Below are positions 43,464 through 43,784 of a stretch of DNA of 43,784 bases, piece by piece (position 1 is the first letter of the stretch; every line of letters starts with the position of its first letter). Below the pieces are notes generated by a model that saw only the letters and a list, made by a program, of their open reading frames with translations, did not search any database and had not been told where the DNA came from. The DNA lies in contig JAZDHP010000008.1 of assembly GCA_043805855.1 (NCBI GenBank), positions 1 to 43,784 of the forward strand, in the 5' to 3' direction. Source of the DNA: Candidatus Micrarchaeota archaeon. Lineage in GTDB: Archaea > Micrarchaeota > Micrarchaeia > Norongarragalinales > UBA8480. The position numbers were made by a program, and so were the translations under genes.

Positions 43464-43566
43464 CACTTCGCCTCACGAAGTGAAAGGCCTTCAGCACAAG
43501 CCCTTAGCTTGTGACTGAGTCATCGAGCAAAGCTCGATGCCTATAACGAAGCACATCGCTTCGTTA
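43464..43566. repeat. Array of four short hairpins; the middle two (43492-43540) form a family-2 element
   Basis: cacttcg/cgaagtg, cacaagc/gcttgtg, catcgagc/gctcgatg, taacgaagc/gcttcgtta. Confidence 0.75.
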
Positions 43567-43591
43567 AGTAATTTATGGCCGTAGAAGCAAT

Positions 43592-43783
43592 TTAAACCGT
43601 ACGGTTCAAGAACTGTTTGCGTTTTTCTTCTTGAAACTTTTCAATCGCGTAACGCAACATCGTACGCGGCATCTGCGAGTAATGCAGTTCGAGGAATTCT
43701 TCTAACGCAGCTTGGTTTCTTTTACCGACTTCGCGCAGCATCCAACCACACGCTTTGTGAATTAAATCATGCTTGTCGTTGAG
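43592..43783 (-). CDS. DNA alkylation repair protein (AlkD-like), C-terminal part only
   Basis: Manual translation ...[20 protein letters not shown]...FL......[13 protein letters not shown]. Confidence 0.88.
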   Translation of the reverse strand, partial: LNDKHDLIHKACGWMLREVGKRNQAALEEFLELHYSQMPRTMLRYAIEKFQEEKRKQFLNRTV

Positions 43784-43784
43784 C

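Noticed and set aside
43464..43566. Possible mini-CRISPR array
   Set aside because: Hairpins differ in sequence, there is no repeat-spacer periodicity and no cas gene in the window.

Overview
Archaeal chromosome window, most consistent with a DPANN lineage such as Micrarchaeota (lineage is inference). About 23 kb is the conserved ribosomal-protein/RNA-polymerase superoperon on the - strand (rpoP, L3 ... secY, L34e, cmk, L14e, cbf5, S13-S4-S11-rpoD, L18e-L13-S9-rpoN). Accessory genes include two TA-type modules, an AAA+ ATPase islet bounded by a 34-bp duplication of the rpoN 3' end, a secreted MepA-like endopeptidase/SLT transglycosylase fusion, a tryptophanase, a GH113-like hydrolase and an orphan solute-binding protein. 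The strongest signal is non-coding. All 7 tRNA genes I could reconstruct are interrupted (12 introns: 21/22 x3, 37/38 x2, 53/54 x2, 59/60 x5), most with readable bulge-helix-bulge (BHB) motifs. Most introns are built from one family of A/T-tract palindromes that also occurs free-standing just downstream of gene ends. A second, covarying double-hairpin element is nested inside these, up to three levels deep. This looks like a miniature palindromic mobile-element system that seeds or expands tRNA introns. All coordinates were read by eye; no searches were run.
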